From positions 305,771 to 369,770 of the forward strand of contig JAUSJO010000002.1 of assembly GCA_030647205.1 (NCBI GenBank): 64,000 nucleotides of DNA. Reading direction: 5' to 3'. This stretch comes from a bacterium (GTDB lineage: Bacteria > Patescibacteriota > CPR2 > UBA1875 > JAJYID01). Below, piece by piece: positions 54,497 to 64,000 of this stretch (its first letter is position 1; the number at the start of each line of letters is the position of its first letter). Made by a program: the position numbers and the translations under genes. The notes beneath the pieces are model-generated. The model was not told the origin of the DNA, made no database searches, and saw only the letters and a program-made list of their open reading frames with translations.

Positions 54497-56164
54497 TTAC
54501 TTCATCACCATCCTGGCGAGGCGAAGGTCGTTGTAAGAGTATTTTCCTTTGAGCTTTTCGTGGACGGGGCCAAGCCTGTCCGTATCAAGCTCGTAGAAAA
54601 CCTTGTGAATAGTTGGAAGAACACGTTTGAGTGGTGGCTCTATAATCCGCACCGCGTCAGAACGCTTTATTTTATCCAGAGAAACAAGATTTTCAATATG
54701 CGACAAGACAGTTCCTTCTGTGATATTGCGTTTTTCCGCAATTTCCTTGATAGACTTTCCTGACTGGAAAAGGGCCAAGGTTTCATCATAAGTGCTGCCA
54801 TGTGGCTTTTTATAGACCCCTTTTTGATATTTAGATTCCTTCAAATTGCCACCGCAGGCGGTAATAAATACATCATATTTTTTCTGCAGATCTTTGCTCG
54901 AGATACCCACAAAGCAGTCCTCTGCTTTATCGGAGGAAGCGCGAAACTCTTGGTCCTTTTCTAGTATGTCAGGATGGACAAGGAGAGCATGATCGTTACA
55001 ACCCAAGAGGTAGAGACCGGAAAGCCGGCGAACTCGCGACAATGCGACATAACCCTGGCCGTACTCAAAGACGCCTGATAAATCCATGATGGCAGCGTCT
55101 AAACTCATGCCCTGACTTTTGTGGATAGTAATAGCCCAAGCGAGGCGGAGAGGAATCTGCGTAACTTTTGCCCGTATCATTCCGTTTTCTTCAATTGTCC
55201 AGTCCATAGGTTCGGCTTCGATATGGCGTCCATCCATAGTTTTGACGACCGGATAACCGCTATCGTCGTCAAATCCGACTATCTTTCCGAGAGTGCCATT
55301 TACAAAGCCTGCCTTTGGATTATTTTTTGTAAACATTACGACCGCTCCCACTTTTACGGAAAATTCTTCCGGTGAAATACATCCTTTTTTTATGGCTGCG
55401 ACAAGTTGTCTTGGACCCACTTGTGCCATCTGAAAACTGGCTTCTTCCGATGAAATTTTTTCAAGTTCCGCGCTATTTATCCGGTCGACATCTATGTTAT
55501 GTGAGAAAAGTTTGGTTATTTCTAATGAATTTTCTAAATGCTGATCCATCCTTTTTTGGATGTGACAGAGATGTTCCTCGTCAAAGTTACCGGAGCGGAG
55601 GGCATTTAGAACCGACAAAAATTCTTTGTCGTCTTGACGATGCTGCTCTGTAATATAACAAATGGTCGGGTCGAGATCTGCCCAAGACTCTGATTCAAAA
55701 GCAAAATGGTTTGTTCCTCCTCCATGAGATATGGGTGGAAGCTGGAAGAAGTCGCCAACCAGAATAATCTGAAGTCCGCCAAAGGGTTGCTCATTTTCTC
55801 GGACTCTTTTGCAGACTAGATCCACCATAGTGAGTGTGTTTTCGCTAAGCATAGAAATCTCATCGATGATGAGCACGCTTGTTTTATTGATGCGCTTAGA
55901 AATGTAGCTTTTGCTTGCGATACGACCGAGATCGGCGCTTGAGAGCATTTCCTTGATACCAATCCCGCTCCATGAGTGGATGGTCATACCGCCGATGTGC
56001 GTGGCGGCGATGCCGGTAGATGCGGTGATAGCCGGTTCAATACCGTGAGAACGCAGATATTCAACATAACGGTTGATGGTATGCGTTTTGCCCGATCCCG
56101 GTTCGCCGGTTAGGAAAACATTTACCCCGGTTTTGCATATTGAAAAAGCTGTGTCTTGTGTCAT
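54497..56164 (-). CDS. PIF1/RecD-like SF1B helicase with C-terminal HTH
   Basis: LTGEPGSGKT, ASTGIAA, IIDEISM, GDFFQLPP, RQDD, AWAITIHKSQG, YVALSR; SIKEIAEKR..TEGTV..H. Confidence 0.95.
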   Translation of the reverse strand: MTQDTAFSICKTGVNVFLTGEPGSGKTHTINRYVEYLRSHGIEPAITASTGIAATHIGGMTIHSWSGIGIKEMLSSADLGRIASKSYISKRINKTSVLIIDEISMLSENTLTMVDLVCKRVRENEQPFGGLQIILVGDFFQLPPISHGGGTNHFAFESESWADLDPTICYITEQHRQDDKEFLSVLNALRSGNFDEEHLCHIQKRMDQHLENSLEITKLFSHNIDVDRINSAELEKISSEEASFQMAQVGPRQLVAAIKKGCISPEEFSVKVGAVVMFTKNNPKAGFVNGTLGKIVGFDDDSGYPVVKTMDGRHIEAEPMDWTIEENGMIRAKVTQIPLRLAWAITIHKSQGMSLDAAIMDLSGVFEYGQGYVALSRVRRLSGLYLLGCNDHALLVHPDILEKDQEFRASSDKAEDCFVGISSKDLQKKYDVFITACGGNLKESKYQKGVYKKPHGSTYDETLALFQSGKSIKEIAEKRNITEGTVLSHIENLVSLDKIKRSDAVRIIEPPLKRVLPTIHKVFYELDTDRLGPVHEKLKGKYSYNDLRLARMVMK

Positions 56165-56266
56165 ATTCTTTAAATTATTTTTAGTAAGTGTCTTGAATCA
56201 AGAATATAGTTTTACCCAAAAAAATCTAGTATACAAAACTATGCAAAGGCTCGAATAAAAATAACT

Positions 56267-56875
56267 TTAGTTTAAGTTTACTCCTGAGGTTATTTTACTG
56301 TAGTCAGGTATTTGCTTTTGGAATAGACGCTGAACGGTACCAAAGTCACCGTTAAAAGTGCCCAAAGTACCGCTACTTAGACCACCTGCAGAACAGCTGG
56401 AAGACCATAATTTTTTAGATGCGTTGGGAAAACCGGTCGAGGAGAAAAAATACGTATTGCCAAGTGGGCATTGACCCTCCGGATTGGAAGCTGCCTGGTT
56501 TCCTTTTTCTTTGGTAAATCCCGCTCCCTGTAGTGCCGTCAAGAATGGTTTGTATGCTTCGGGGGTGTTGGGATAGGACTGGGACTTTATAGGAATGTAT
56601 TGATATCCTCCCAAGACCTCAATGAGTCGGCTATCTTTAGACACGGTTATCCTGATACTGCGATGCAGTTCAGCTCCATTTACAGAACCCTCAGCCATAA
56701 AAGTGACAGTGGCATCGCTGTTAGCGGACTCGTCCAGGGCAACAGTATTAACAATATTTTTTTCTACCGGGACTCCTCGTCCTTGAAAACTCAAAGAGAT
56801 GAGTACCACCGCTAATAAAAAAGCAATAATTCCTATTATGACTAAAACATTCTTCATAGTAGTATTATGCTTCAT
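56267..56875 (-). CDS. Hypothetical membrane-anchored secreted protein
   Basis: N-terminal TM; HRSIRITV, GQCPLG, WSSSC, LFQKQIPDY. Confidence 0.75.
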   Translation of the reverse strand: MKHNTTMKNVLVIIGIIAFLLAVVLISLSFQGRGVPVEKNIVNTVALDESANSDATVTFMAEGSVNGAELHRSIRITVSKDSRLIEVLGGYQYIPIKSQSYPNTPEAYKPFLTALQGAGFTKEKGNQAASNPEGQCPLGNTYFFSSTGFPNASKKLWSSSCSAGGLSSGTLGTFNGDFGTVQRLFQKQIPDYSKITSGVNLN

Positions 56876-57046
56876 ATGAGGGATATTTAATACATTAAAT
56901 ATTACAAATCTATTATGCTGACTAAAGATTCAAGCTCATAAAATTAACCGTATAGATATCTTAATATGTTTTTTATGGTATAATCTAGTTTAGTGAGGGT
57001 CCGCATCGGAGGCGGATCTTTTTGGACTTTGAGGGAGGTGTTATAT

Positions 57047-57793
57047 TTGTCGAAATTTATCGATTCTTTCAGGAATAACAAGGACAGTGTCAACGGAAAG
57101 ATTTTTCTTCCCGTTATACACTTAAATCCCAGAGACGGTATGGGCAGTGCTATGGATGGGGTCCGGGTGGCAGCAGATGCCGGTGCTGACGGAGCCTTCC
57201 TGATAGCTCACGGCGGACTAGACTATCGCCAGGTGGCAGAAATACAAGAGTCAGTGCTAAACCGGTTTCAGCGTGATACAGGAGTACTGTTCCCGATCGG
57301 AGTTAACTGGTTGGATCTGATGAGAGAGCCCGAGAAAATGATCCATGAAGCCAGCCGGATCGGAACGGTGTCAATGATTTGGAGCGATGCTCCCGGGAAT
57401 GGAGAGGAAATACTCCAGGCTCGTCGGGACACCATGTGGGATGGTTTCTACATGGGAGCTGTCGGTTTCAAGTACCAAGCCCATGTTTCTAACGAGGAGC
57501 TTCCTGAAGTTGCGCGGAGATCATCTAGCTTCATGGATGTACTGGTCACTAGCGGTGACGGTACTGGTATCGCCATCAATCCCGAGAGAACGAAGATCAT
57601 TCGTGAGGCAGTTGGACTCGAAAAACCGATAGCGGTAGCCAGCGGGGTGTCTATCAGTAACTATGGGGATATAATTCCTTATGTTGATTGCTTCCTGGTC
57701 GCTACTTCTATTCTTTTTAAGCACGACGATCATCGTCTTGATGCAGAAAAGACTCAGGTTCTGGCTGAGGCGATTCATGGCTGGACACCGTAA
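57047..57793 (+). CDS. BtpA/SgcQ-family TIM-barrel protein
   Basis: PVIH, GADGAFLI, IGVNWL, FKYQ, DVLVTSG.GTG, VASGVS..N, FLVATS; GGAGG SD before TTG 57047. Confidence 0.85.
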   Translation: MSKFIDSFRNNKDSVNGKIFLPVIHLNPRDGMGSAMDGVRVAADAGADGAFLIAHGGLDYRQVAEIQESVLNRFQRDTGVLFPIGVNWLDLMREPEKMIHEASRIGTVSMIWSDAPGNGEEILQARRDTMWDGFYMGAVGFKYQAHVSNEELPEVARRSSSFMDVLVTSGDGTGIAINPERTKIIREAVGLEKPIAVASGVSISNYGDIIPYVDCFLVATSILFKHDDHRLDAEKTQVLAEAIHGWTP

Positions 57794-57808
57794 GTTCCTT
57801 TGACAAAT

Positions 57809-57842
57809 AAAGCCCGCGTCTAACGATGCGGGCTTTTCCTTT
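57809..57842 (+). terminator. Intrinsic terminator
   Basis: AAAGCCCGCGTC-TAAC-GATGCGGGCTTTT. Confidence 0.9.
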
Positions 57843-57887
57843 ATCAAAGATCTTAGAGGAAGAAGGTTTTGTGGTATAATTTTACCC

Positions 57888-59177
57888 ATGAAAGAAAATT
57901 TAGAGATATCTCATGAAGAGATAGGAGAAGAAAATATAACAGACACTCTCGTTGAGGAAGATATTGGCGAGTCGCTTTTGGATATAGACGAAGACCAAGA
58001 TTTCATGATGGGAGTAGAGGGAGCTCCTATAGAACCCGGTGACACCTTTGATGCAGAGAAGGAACTGGGTAGTATACTTAGGGCGCAGACAGAAGAAAGG
58101 TCGGCTTTACTAAAACGCTTTAAGGAAAGACTCAGCTACCAAAAAGAGGGTCTCGCTGATATGCAGATGAATTTTGTGGAAACAATATTTGAAAATCCGG
58201 ATATTTCAAGACGAGAGCTATATGATATAGCCGGTGAATATAAGGAAAAGTATGGTCTAACTCCAGATCAAGCAGCAATAGTTATGGCCCTGGTTGATAA
58301 GTACGCAAGCATACATTCTGATTTAAAAGTTGTTAGAGAAGAGTACCCGACCGGCGCAGATTTTTTCAAAGGGTTTACCGGAGAATATCCCGAGGGGGAA
58401 GTGGAATGGGTAGATAACCCTATAGCTCTTCATCTCTCTCTAAAAAATATAAATGATTATGCAAAAGCTAGAGGAGATAAGGTAAAAAATTGTAAAACTT
58501 ATCCTGCATGTCTTTCAAGGCATGAGATAACCTCGGTACGTGACAGGCCTCCATTTATGTGTAAACTTCCCTTTGTACTCGACAACCTCGATGAAGAAAA
58601 GACGTTACCGGAGTGGATGGAGGAGGTAACGGTGCACGAATATCAGCATGTTCTTTATAGAATATTCAACATGGCTGAGATAACAGAGGCTTACGGTCAT
58701 ATTGCAGGTAGGGAGAACTTGGCTTCACTAGACAGTGAAAAGAAACTGAGAAGGGTACTTTCTCAGGATAAGGCTTTTGCTGAAGGCTTGGCAAAAAATG
58801 AACTGATTGCATACCTAAAAAATAATGGAGATCTTAAGAGGGCCTACCGAATGCTCAAACAGACTGATGAGAGGAATATAGTGCAAAAAATGTTTATGAA
58901 GCGAGGGCCTGCCTATGATTTTTCGGTGCACAATTATATGACCGATGACGATATCAAGGATCTTCCTATGGCAGATCGGTTAAAATCCCGTAATATAAAA
59001 AAGAAAATTTTTACAAAAGAGCTGGACGATGCTATTTGGAAAGGAGTTTTATCGGTGCACTCACTGACAGAATCACTTGGATATACACAAGATAAAGCTC
59101 TGGCGCTTTTGTCTCCCGAACCATTAGCTAAGTGGCCAAAGGTTGTAAAGAGAATGTGCGAATCACAAGATGAGTGA
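57888..59177 (+). CDS. Hypothetical protein with HExxH (zincin-like) motif
   Basis: VHEYQH plus downstream KNELIAY; acidic N-terminus. Confidence 0.65.
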   Translation: MKENLEISHEEIGEENITDTLVEEDIGESLLDIDEDQDFMMGVEGAPIEPGDTFDAEKELGSILRAQTEERSALLKRFKERLSYQKEGLADMQMNFVETIFENPDISRRELYDIAGEYKEKYGLTPDQAAIVMALVDKYASIHSDLKVVREEYPTGADFFKGFTGEYPEGEVEWVDNPIALHLSLKNINDYAKARGDKVKNCKTYPACLSRHEITSVRDRPPFMCKLPFVLDNLDEEKTLPEWMEEVTVHEYQHVLYRIFNMAEITEAYGHIAGRENLASLDSEKKLRRVLSQDKAFAEGLAKNELIAYLKNNGDLKRAYRMLKQTDERNIVQKMFMKRGPAYDFSVHNYMTDDDIKDLPMADRLKSRNIKKKIFTKELDDAIWKGVLSVHSLTESLGYTQDKALALLSPEPLAKWPKVVKRMCESQDE

Positions 59178-59200
59178 TTTTTTATGGTATAATCACTCTT

Positions 59201-60082
59201 ATGTGGATAGTACTAACGCTTATATCTGCCGCGCTTTTTGCGGTAGTAAATATTTTTGACAAGATTGTTTTGAACAAATGGGTCAAAGATCCGCTTGTTC
59301 CTGCTATTGTTGTCGGTGTTATCAACCTTGTAGCGGCAGGCTTTATATTCCTGTTTCATAGTGTGCCGCATTTTTCTAGTATCAATATCTTGCTTGCTAT
59401 AGTAGTTGGCTTTTTGGGGTTTCTTTCTACTATAACCTATTACAAAGCGGTTCAGCTTGACGATATATCTCGCGTGGCCCCGCTTTTTCAGTTGGAGCCC
59501 TTATTTGTTGTAGTTTTAGCTGCCGTGTTTCTAGGCGAGGTTTTTTCCGTTTCAAAATACATCGGTGTTTTCATGTTGGTTTTAGGGGCGCTCACCATAT
59601 CTTTAAAAAGTTTTAAGAGTTTGAGACTAGGCAAGTCGTTTTGGTTAATGGTTTTAACAGGATTTATTATCTCTATATCTCTTGTCTTGTATAAAAGGTT
59701 GCTTGACTACGGCGATTTCTGGACGGTTTTTGCCTATTCCCGTATCGGGATGATCCCCGTGCTTACTTTTGTCGTTTATAAAAGTTTTAAAAATCTTTTA
59801 GATACTGTCAAATGTCATGGTAAAAGATGTTTGTTTTTAATGACAGCCGGAGAAAGTTTGGGCGTTGTGGCTATGTTCTTTTCTATAGCCGCTTTTGCTG
59901 TCGGTACAGCCACACTAGTTAATGCACTCGGCTCGGTACAGCCCCTCTTTCTACTATTTTTCAGTATAATCCTTAGTCTTTTTCTCCCTAGAATATTTTC
60001 CGAAGAGATAAAAAAAGGAGTATTACTCCAAAAAATATTTGCTGTAGCTCTCTTGATAGTTGGCGGTTTGCTGGTAGTATAA
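59201..60082 (+). CDS. EamA/DMT family transporter
   Basis: Ten TM helices in two repeats; ISRVAP..LEP.F, FLGE, VQPLF. Confidence 0.92.
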   Translation: MWIVLTLISAALFAVVNIFDKIVLNKWVKDPLVPAIVVGVINLVAAGFIFLFHSVPHFSSINILLAIVVGFLGFLSTITYYKAVQLDDISRVAPLFQLEPLFVVVLAAVFLGEVFSVSKYIGVFMLVLGALTISLKSFKSLRLGKSFWLMVLTGFIISISLVLYKRLLDYGDFWTVFAYSRIGMIPVLTFVVYKSFKNLLDTVKCHGKRCLFLMTAGESLGVVAMFFSIAAFAVGTATLVNALGSVQPLFLLFFSIILSLFLPRIFSEEIKKGVLLQKIFAVALLIVGGLLVV

Positions 60083-60095
60083 AAGGAATTAAAAA

Positions 60096-61094
60096 ATGGA
60101 TAAAGCCAAAGGTAAAAAGAATCAATATAAAGCACATCTTTCCCGGGTACATTCTCGTCTTAACGCGCCGGATAATCTCGTGAAGCAAGTTGTGAGAGAA
60201 GCCACTGGTGAGGAAATCGTTGATAAAATAAGGATAATTGCGGGAGAAATCAATGAAGTCTACGATGTAACTTTAGGAAACGGAGGCAATGTTGTCGTTA
60301 GGATTTCACGACAAAAGAGGCCCGACTTTGGTCAAGAAGAGTGGGCTATCAAAAAGTGCATAGAAGCCGGGGTCCCTGCTCCGGAAGTTCTCTTGATTAA
60401 ACACGTTCAAAATGGCGAAGAGTTATTATCCTTCTCGGTTTTAAGAAAGATTACAGGAGTGACCCTGGATACTATAGTAGATTCTAAGGGATGGAGCAGT
60501 GAACAGGTCAAAGATTATGCTGTACAGGCTGGTGAGATTTTGGCAAAGATGCACTCCATAAAAACTGATGGGTTTGGAGATATTGATGATACGGGTAAGG
60601 GAAAATACAAAAAATACGAGGATATTTTTCTGAAAGAAGTTAATAATAAGGAGGGTTACATGCAGTTAGCAAAAGACGTAAGTCTAGACCCCAAACTTAT
60701 AGAAAAGGCTCTCGATATTTTGGCTAGTCACAGGGATATATACGGAGAAGTTAAAGTCCCTCACTTGACTCATGGCGACTTTGCTCCAAAGCATATCATG
60801 GTTAATGATGGAAAAGTTGTCGGTATTTTAGACTTTGGACTGGTTGCCGGAAACTCTCCGGTTTACGATTTTGTTCGATGGGACTTTTGGTTTGGAGAGT
60901 CTTTTCCTATTGATTCAGTAAAAGAAGGATATACAAACAAAGATATTTTTAATGATAAGTCTATCCAGAAGCTGACATCTCTCATGATGGTATACTTAGG
61001 CCTGACAAATATATACTGGTATCATATGACGAGTTATGATGAAGGAGTCGATAGAATAAAAAACAAGCTAATTTCAGAGCTAGAATCTTTCTAA
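60096..61094 (+). CDS. Aminoglycoside phosphotransferase (APH)-family kinase
   Basis: GEINEVY, VVVR, GVPAP, LAKMH, HGDFAPKHI, ILDFG. Confidence 0.9.
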   Translation: MDKAKGKKNQYKAHLSRVHSRLNAPDNLVKQVVREATGEEIVDKIRIIAGEINEVYDVTLGNGGNVVVRISRQKRPDFGQEEWAIKKCIEAGVPAPEVLLIKHVQNGEELLSFSVLRKITGVTLDTIVDSKGWSSEQVKDYAVQAGEILAKMHSIKTDGFGDIDDTGKGKYKKYEDIFLKEVNNKEGYMQLAKDVSLDPKLIEKALDILASHRDIYGEVKVPHLTHGDFAPKHIMVNDGKVVGILDFGLVAGNSPVYDFVRWDFWFGESFPIDSVKEGYTNKDIFNDKSIQKLTSLMMVYLGLTNIYWYHMTSYDEGVDRIKNKLISELESF

Positions 61095-61181
61095 GGCAAA
61101 ATACCGTTATGAAAGCAAAATAACCTTGATAAAAAGCATAAATTGTAGTATAATTTTTTATTCTTAAGTTAAGGTTGTGAA

Positions 61182-62456
61182 ATGAAGATATTGATTACAG
61201 CAGGCGGGACTATTTCTAGGATCGATGACGTCAGGCACATCGGTAACTTCAGCTCGGGCTCTTTCCCATCAAAAATAGCAGAGGTGGCTCTCCAGAAGAA
61301 ACACGAGGTTATTTATCTTCATGCAAAGAAGGCTCGGACACCTTTTGATGCACAAAATGTTTTGGATCTGAATGAGGCGATAAAGATGAGTAAGGAAGAT
61401 CTGAAGAAAAAATATTTAGATATCCAGAGTCTAGAGTCAAACTTGAGACTGGCCTCATTTGAAACGGTAGACGAGTATATGCAGTCAGTGGAAAAGATCC
61501 TTAAGAAAGAAAAAGTAGATGTCATTTTTCTGGCGGCGGCTGTTTCTGATTATTCTCCCCCGAAGGTAGAAGGGAAGATCTCGTCTGACAAAGAAAAACT
61601 GACTATAGAACTTAAAAGAACTCCTAAGGTAATAAAACATATCAAAAAATGGGCTCCAAATCCTATCTTTCAGGTTGGATTTAAGCTTCTCTCAGGAGTT
61701 TCCGAGGAAGAGCTCGCGGAAGCTGCGTACAAGTCGGGGCTAGAAAACAAGTCAAATTTGACAGTTGCGAACGATCTTGAAAAGATCAAGAATGGTGCAA
61801 GGGAAGTTTTTTTGGTTACTCCGGAAAAGGGAAAAATTAAGATAAAAGAACCTGATGTCTCAAAGAAAGTTTTTGAGTTTGTCGAAAAAAGAGCAAAGAC
61901 AACATTTTTTAAAACTAAGGTTGAGGCGGAAAGGGGTTTAGAACTAAAGTTTGAGAAACTCTTTGCTGAGATGAAAGAAGCGGTTGCAGAACTTTACGAA
62001 AGAAATTTGCTTGAAGAGTTTTATTCGGGAAGCGGACATTTCCATGGGAGCGTTTCTCTAAGGGTCGATGAGGATAAGTTTTTAATAACGGGGAGAGAGA
62101 CGGATAAAAGAAACCTTAAATCTGAAGAAATAGCTTTGGTTGATAAGGTTGATCTGAAAAAAAGAGAAGTTTTTACGAGATCGCTTAGCGGTAAAAAACC
62201 ATCTCTAAATGCTGTACTTTCTTTCGAAATATTCAAGAAATTCCCCGAAGCAAATGTTATTGTCCATACTCATAGCAAAGTTCCAAAAATCCCAGAAACT
62301 TCTTTTGCTTACCCTCCGGGGACCTTGGAATATAGTTTAGGTCCGATAGAGCTTCTAAAAAAATCGAGGATGGTTAGCTTGAAGGATCATGGGCAGGTTA
62401 CAATAGGTCAAGATTTAAAGGAAACGGTGGATTATGTCACAAAAAATGTTAAATAG
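61182..62456 (+). CDS. Fusion: CoaB-like phosphopantothenate--cysteine ligase (DFP) domain + class II aldolase/adducin domain
   Basis: LITAGGT..IDDVRHIGNFSSG, AAAVSDY, PKVI, VGFKL, VANDL; then GSVSLR, FLITG, PS, IVHTHS, LKDHG. Confidence 0.85.
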   Translation: MKILITAGGTISRIDDVRHIGNFSSGSFPSKIAEVALQKKHEVIYLHAKKARTPFDAQNVLDLNEAIKMSKEDLKKKYLDIQSLESNLRLASFETVDEYMQSVEKILKKEKVDVIFLAAAVSDYSPPKVEGKISSDKEKLTIELKRTPKVIKHIKKWAPNPIFQVGFKLLSGVSEEELAEAAYKSGLENKSNLTVANDLEKIKNGAREVFLVTPEKGKIKIKEPDVSKKVFEFVEKRAKTTFFKTKVEAERGLELKFEKLFAEMKEAVAELYERNLLEEFYSGSGHFHGSVSLRVDEDKFLITGRETDKRNLKSEEIALVDKVDLKKREVFTRSLSGKKPSLNAVLSFEIFKKFPEANVIVHTHSKVPKIPETSFAYPPGTLEYSLGPIELLKKSRMVSLKDHGQVTIGQDLKETVDYVTKNVK

Positions 62457-63195
62457 TTTAGATGGAAACGCATATGAGGATTTTCCTGAATACTACGATC
62501 TTTTGTACCAAAGATACTTTAAAAGCGTTCCCAAATTTATCTCTCTGATTGAAACAGAGACGAAAAAAGGATGGAAACTGCTTGAAATAGCGGCAGGAAC
62601 AGGTGAGGTTGTTATCCCTCTTTTGGAGGATGGTTATGATGTGACGAGTTTTGATTTAAATGAGGGGATGCTAAAAGAACTTCAAAAAAAGGCGAGCATA
62701 AAGGGTTTAGCGGCAAAGGTGATACATGGGGATATGAATGAGATAGACTTCTTAGAAGCTTTTGACCTTATTTACATGCGGCAGTCTATAAACTATTTTC
62801 TAGGAGAAAACAATCTTCAAAACGGATTAAAGAAAATCAACAGAGCCTTGAAGCCTGGTGGTAAGTTTATCTTTAATGCTCCAAACTTTAGGAAAGAGCA
62901 ACCAGATTATCCCGTAGTAAAAAATATTTATGAATATGGAGATAGATATGCTTTTGTTTTGGAGACAAATGAACTTGACGGAAGGATTCTAAAACACGCT
63001 CAGGATTCGATCGTTTGGAAAGACGGAGGGCAGCCTAGATATATCAAGGATTCAAATGATTTTTATATGTATACAAAAGAGGAGTTCGATAAAAGTCTAG
63101 AAAAGGCGGGATTTCCAGAGAGAAAAATCTTGGGAGGAGACTTAAGGGTGTATAAGGAAGATAGTAAAACTATCTATGGAGTGGCTAAAAAATGA
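62434..63195 (+). CDS. Class I SAM-dependent methyltransferase
   Basis: YYDLLY, LLEIAAGTG, FDLNEGML, GDM, LKPGGKFIF. Confidence 0.92.
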   Translation: MSQKMLNSLDGNAYEDFPEYYDLLYQRYFKSVPKFISLIETETKKGWKLLEIAAGTGEVVIPLLEDGYDVTSFDLNEGMLKELQKKASIKGLAAKVIHGDMNEIDFLEAFDLIYMRQSINYFLGENNLQNGLKKINRALKPGGKFIFNAPNFRKEQPDYPVVKNIYEYGDRYAFVLETNELDGRILKHAQDSIVWKDGGQPRYIKDSNDFYMYTKEEFDKSLEKAGFPERKILGGDLRVYKEDSKTIYGVAKK

Positions 63196-64000
63196 GTTTA
63201 TCAGAAAAAATATGGTTTGATGGGAAAATAGTTGATAAGGCAGATGCGAATGCATTCTTCTTTAACCAAGCGTTGAACTTCGGAGCAAGTGTTTTTGACG
63301 GAATCAGAATATATGATACAAAAAATGGTCCATGTCTTTTCAGGATTGATGACCATATAGATAGGTTCTTTTATTCTCTTCATGCCTTGAGGATGAAATC
63401 GGGTTTTTCTAAGGAGGACTTGAAAAGAGCGGTTATAGAGATTGCCAAAGAAAATAAGATTACCAGCGGTTATGTCCGTCCGCTCTCTTTCTACTCAGAA
63501 CCAAAAATGGGGATCAATATTTTGGACTCTAAAGTTAGCACAGCCATCCTTACTTGGCCATGGGACGATGGTTCAAGGCAAAAGCCAGTTACTGTAAAAA
63601 TCTCCAAATATAAAAGACTTTCACCCGAGAGTGCTGATCTACGGGCAAAGATCGGAGGGTATTATGCACCTGGAATCTTAGCTTTTATAGATGCTAGAGA
63701 AGCCGGATATGATCTCCCTATGATGCTTGATGAAAATGGAAATATTGCCGAAGGAGCAGTCAGTAACTTTTTCTTTGTTAAAGACGGAAAGCTTTACGTT
63801 CCAAGGGCCGATAAGATTCTCGAGGGCATTACCAGCAGCACAATTGTTTCTTTGGCTGAAGATTTGGGGATAGAGGTAATATTGGCAGACTTTAGCCCGG
63901 AAGATCTAAAGAGTGCTGAAGAAGCATTTTTCACGAGTACCGGCGCGAAGCTCCAGCAAATAGAAAGGATTGAATCATTTTTCACTTCTAAAGGCTTTGA
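63192..64000 (+). CDS. Class IV (branched-chain/D-amino-acid type) PLP aminotransferase, 3' truncated by window edge
   Basis: Own translation (absent from the ORF track): MSLSEKIWFDGK..ALNFGASVFDGIR..LFRIDDHIDRF..GYVRP..AKIGGYY..EGAVSNFF..ILEGIT..EEAFFTST. Confidence 0.9.
   Translation, partial: MSLSEKIWFDGKIVDKADANAFFFNQALNFGASVFDGIRIYDTKNGPCLFRIDDHIDRFFYSLHALRMKSGFSKEDLKRAVIEIAKENKITSGYVRPLSFYSEPKMGINILDSKVSTAILTWPWDDGSRQKPVTVKISKYKRLSPESADLRAKIGGYYAPGILAFIDAREAGYDLPMMLDENGNIAEGAVSNFFFVKDGKLYVPRADKILEGITSSTIVSLAEDLGIEVILADFSPEDLKSAEEAFFTSTGAKLQQIERIESFFTSKGF

Overview
Bacterial chromosomal segment (AT-rich, genetic code 11), almost certainly from a Candidate Phyla Radiation (Patescibacteria) genome. 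The assignment rests on a compact 16S rRNA with the GGAATAGACGG variant that is not followed by a 23S gene, a VirD4-like coupling protein and a giant Fn3/beta-propeller surface protein. Housekeeping genes (pyk fragment, pyrG, rmuC, pheST, gyrB/gyrA, typA), a 16S rRNA and three tRNAs (Pro-CGG, Ile-GAT, Ala-TGC) are interleaved with many orphan genes. No CRISPR, integrase or transposase was seen. The main candidates for new biology are: (1) an Elp3 radical-SAM/KAT gene head-to-head with a Trm9/ALKBH8-like methyltransferase, the two start codons sharing one CATG, which suggests an archaeal/eukaryote-type mcm5U34 tRNA pathway in a bacterium; (2) an expanded c-di-GMP-II-like riboswitch with a competing terminator upstream of a lamin-tail-domain surface protein; (3) a radical-SAM gene plus an NIS-synthetase-like/nucleotidyltransferase fusion; (4) a CoaB-like ligase/class II aldolase fusion operon with a methyltransferase and a divergent aminotransferase; (5) two gene-expression grammars, leaderless genes versus orphan genes with hairpin, boxA-like, SD and terminator elements; (6) degenerate direct repeats marking gene insertions; (7) a promoter-driven orphan hairpin RNA with a C-rich loop. 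All protein calls come from motif recognition by eye; no database searches were run.
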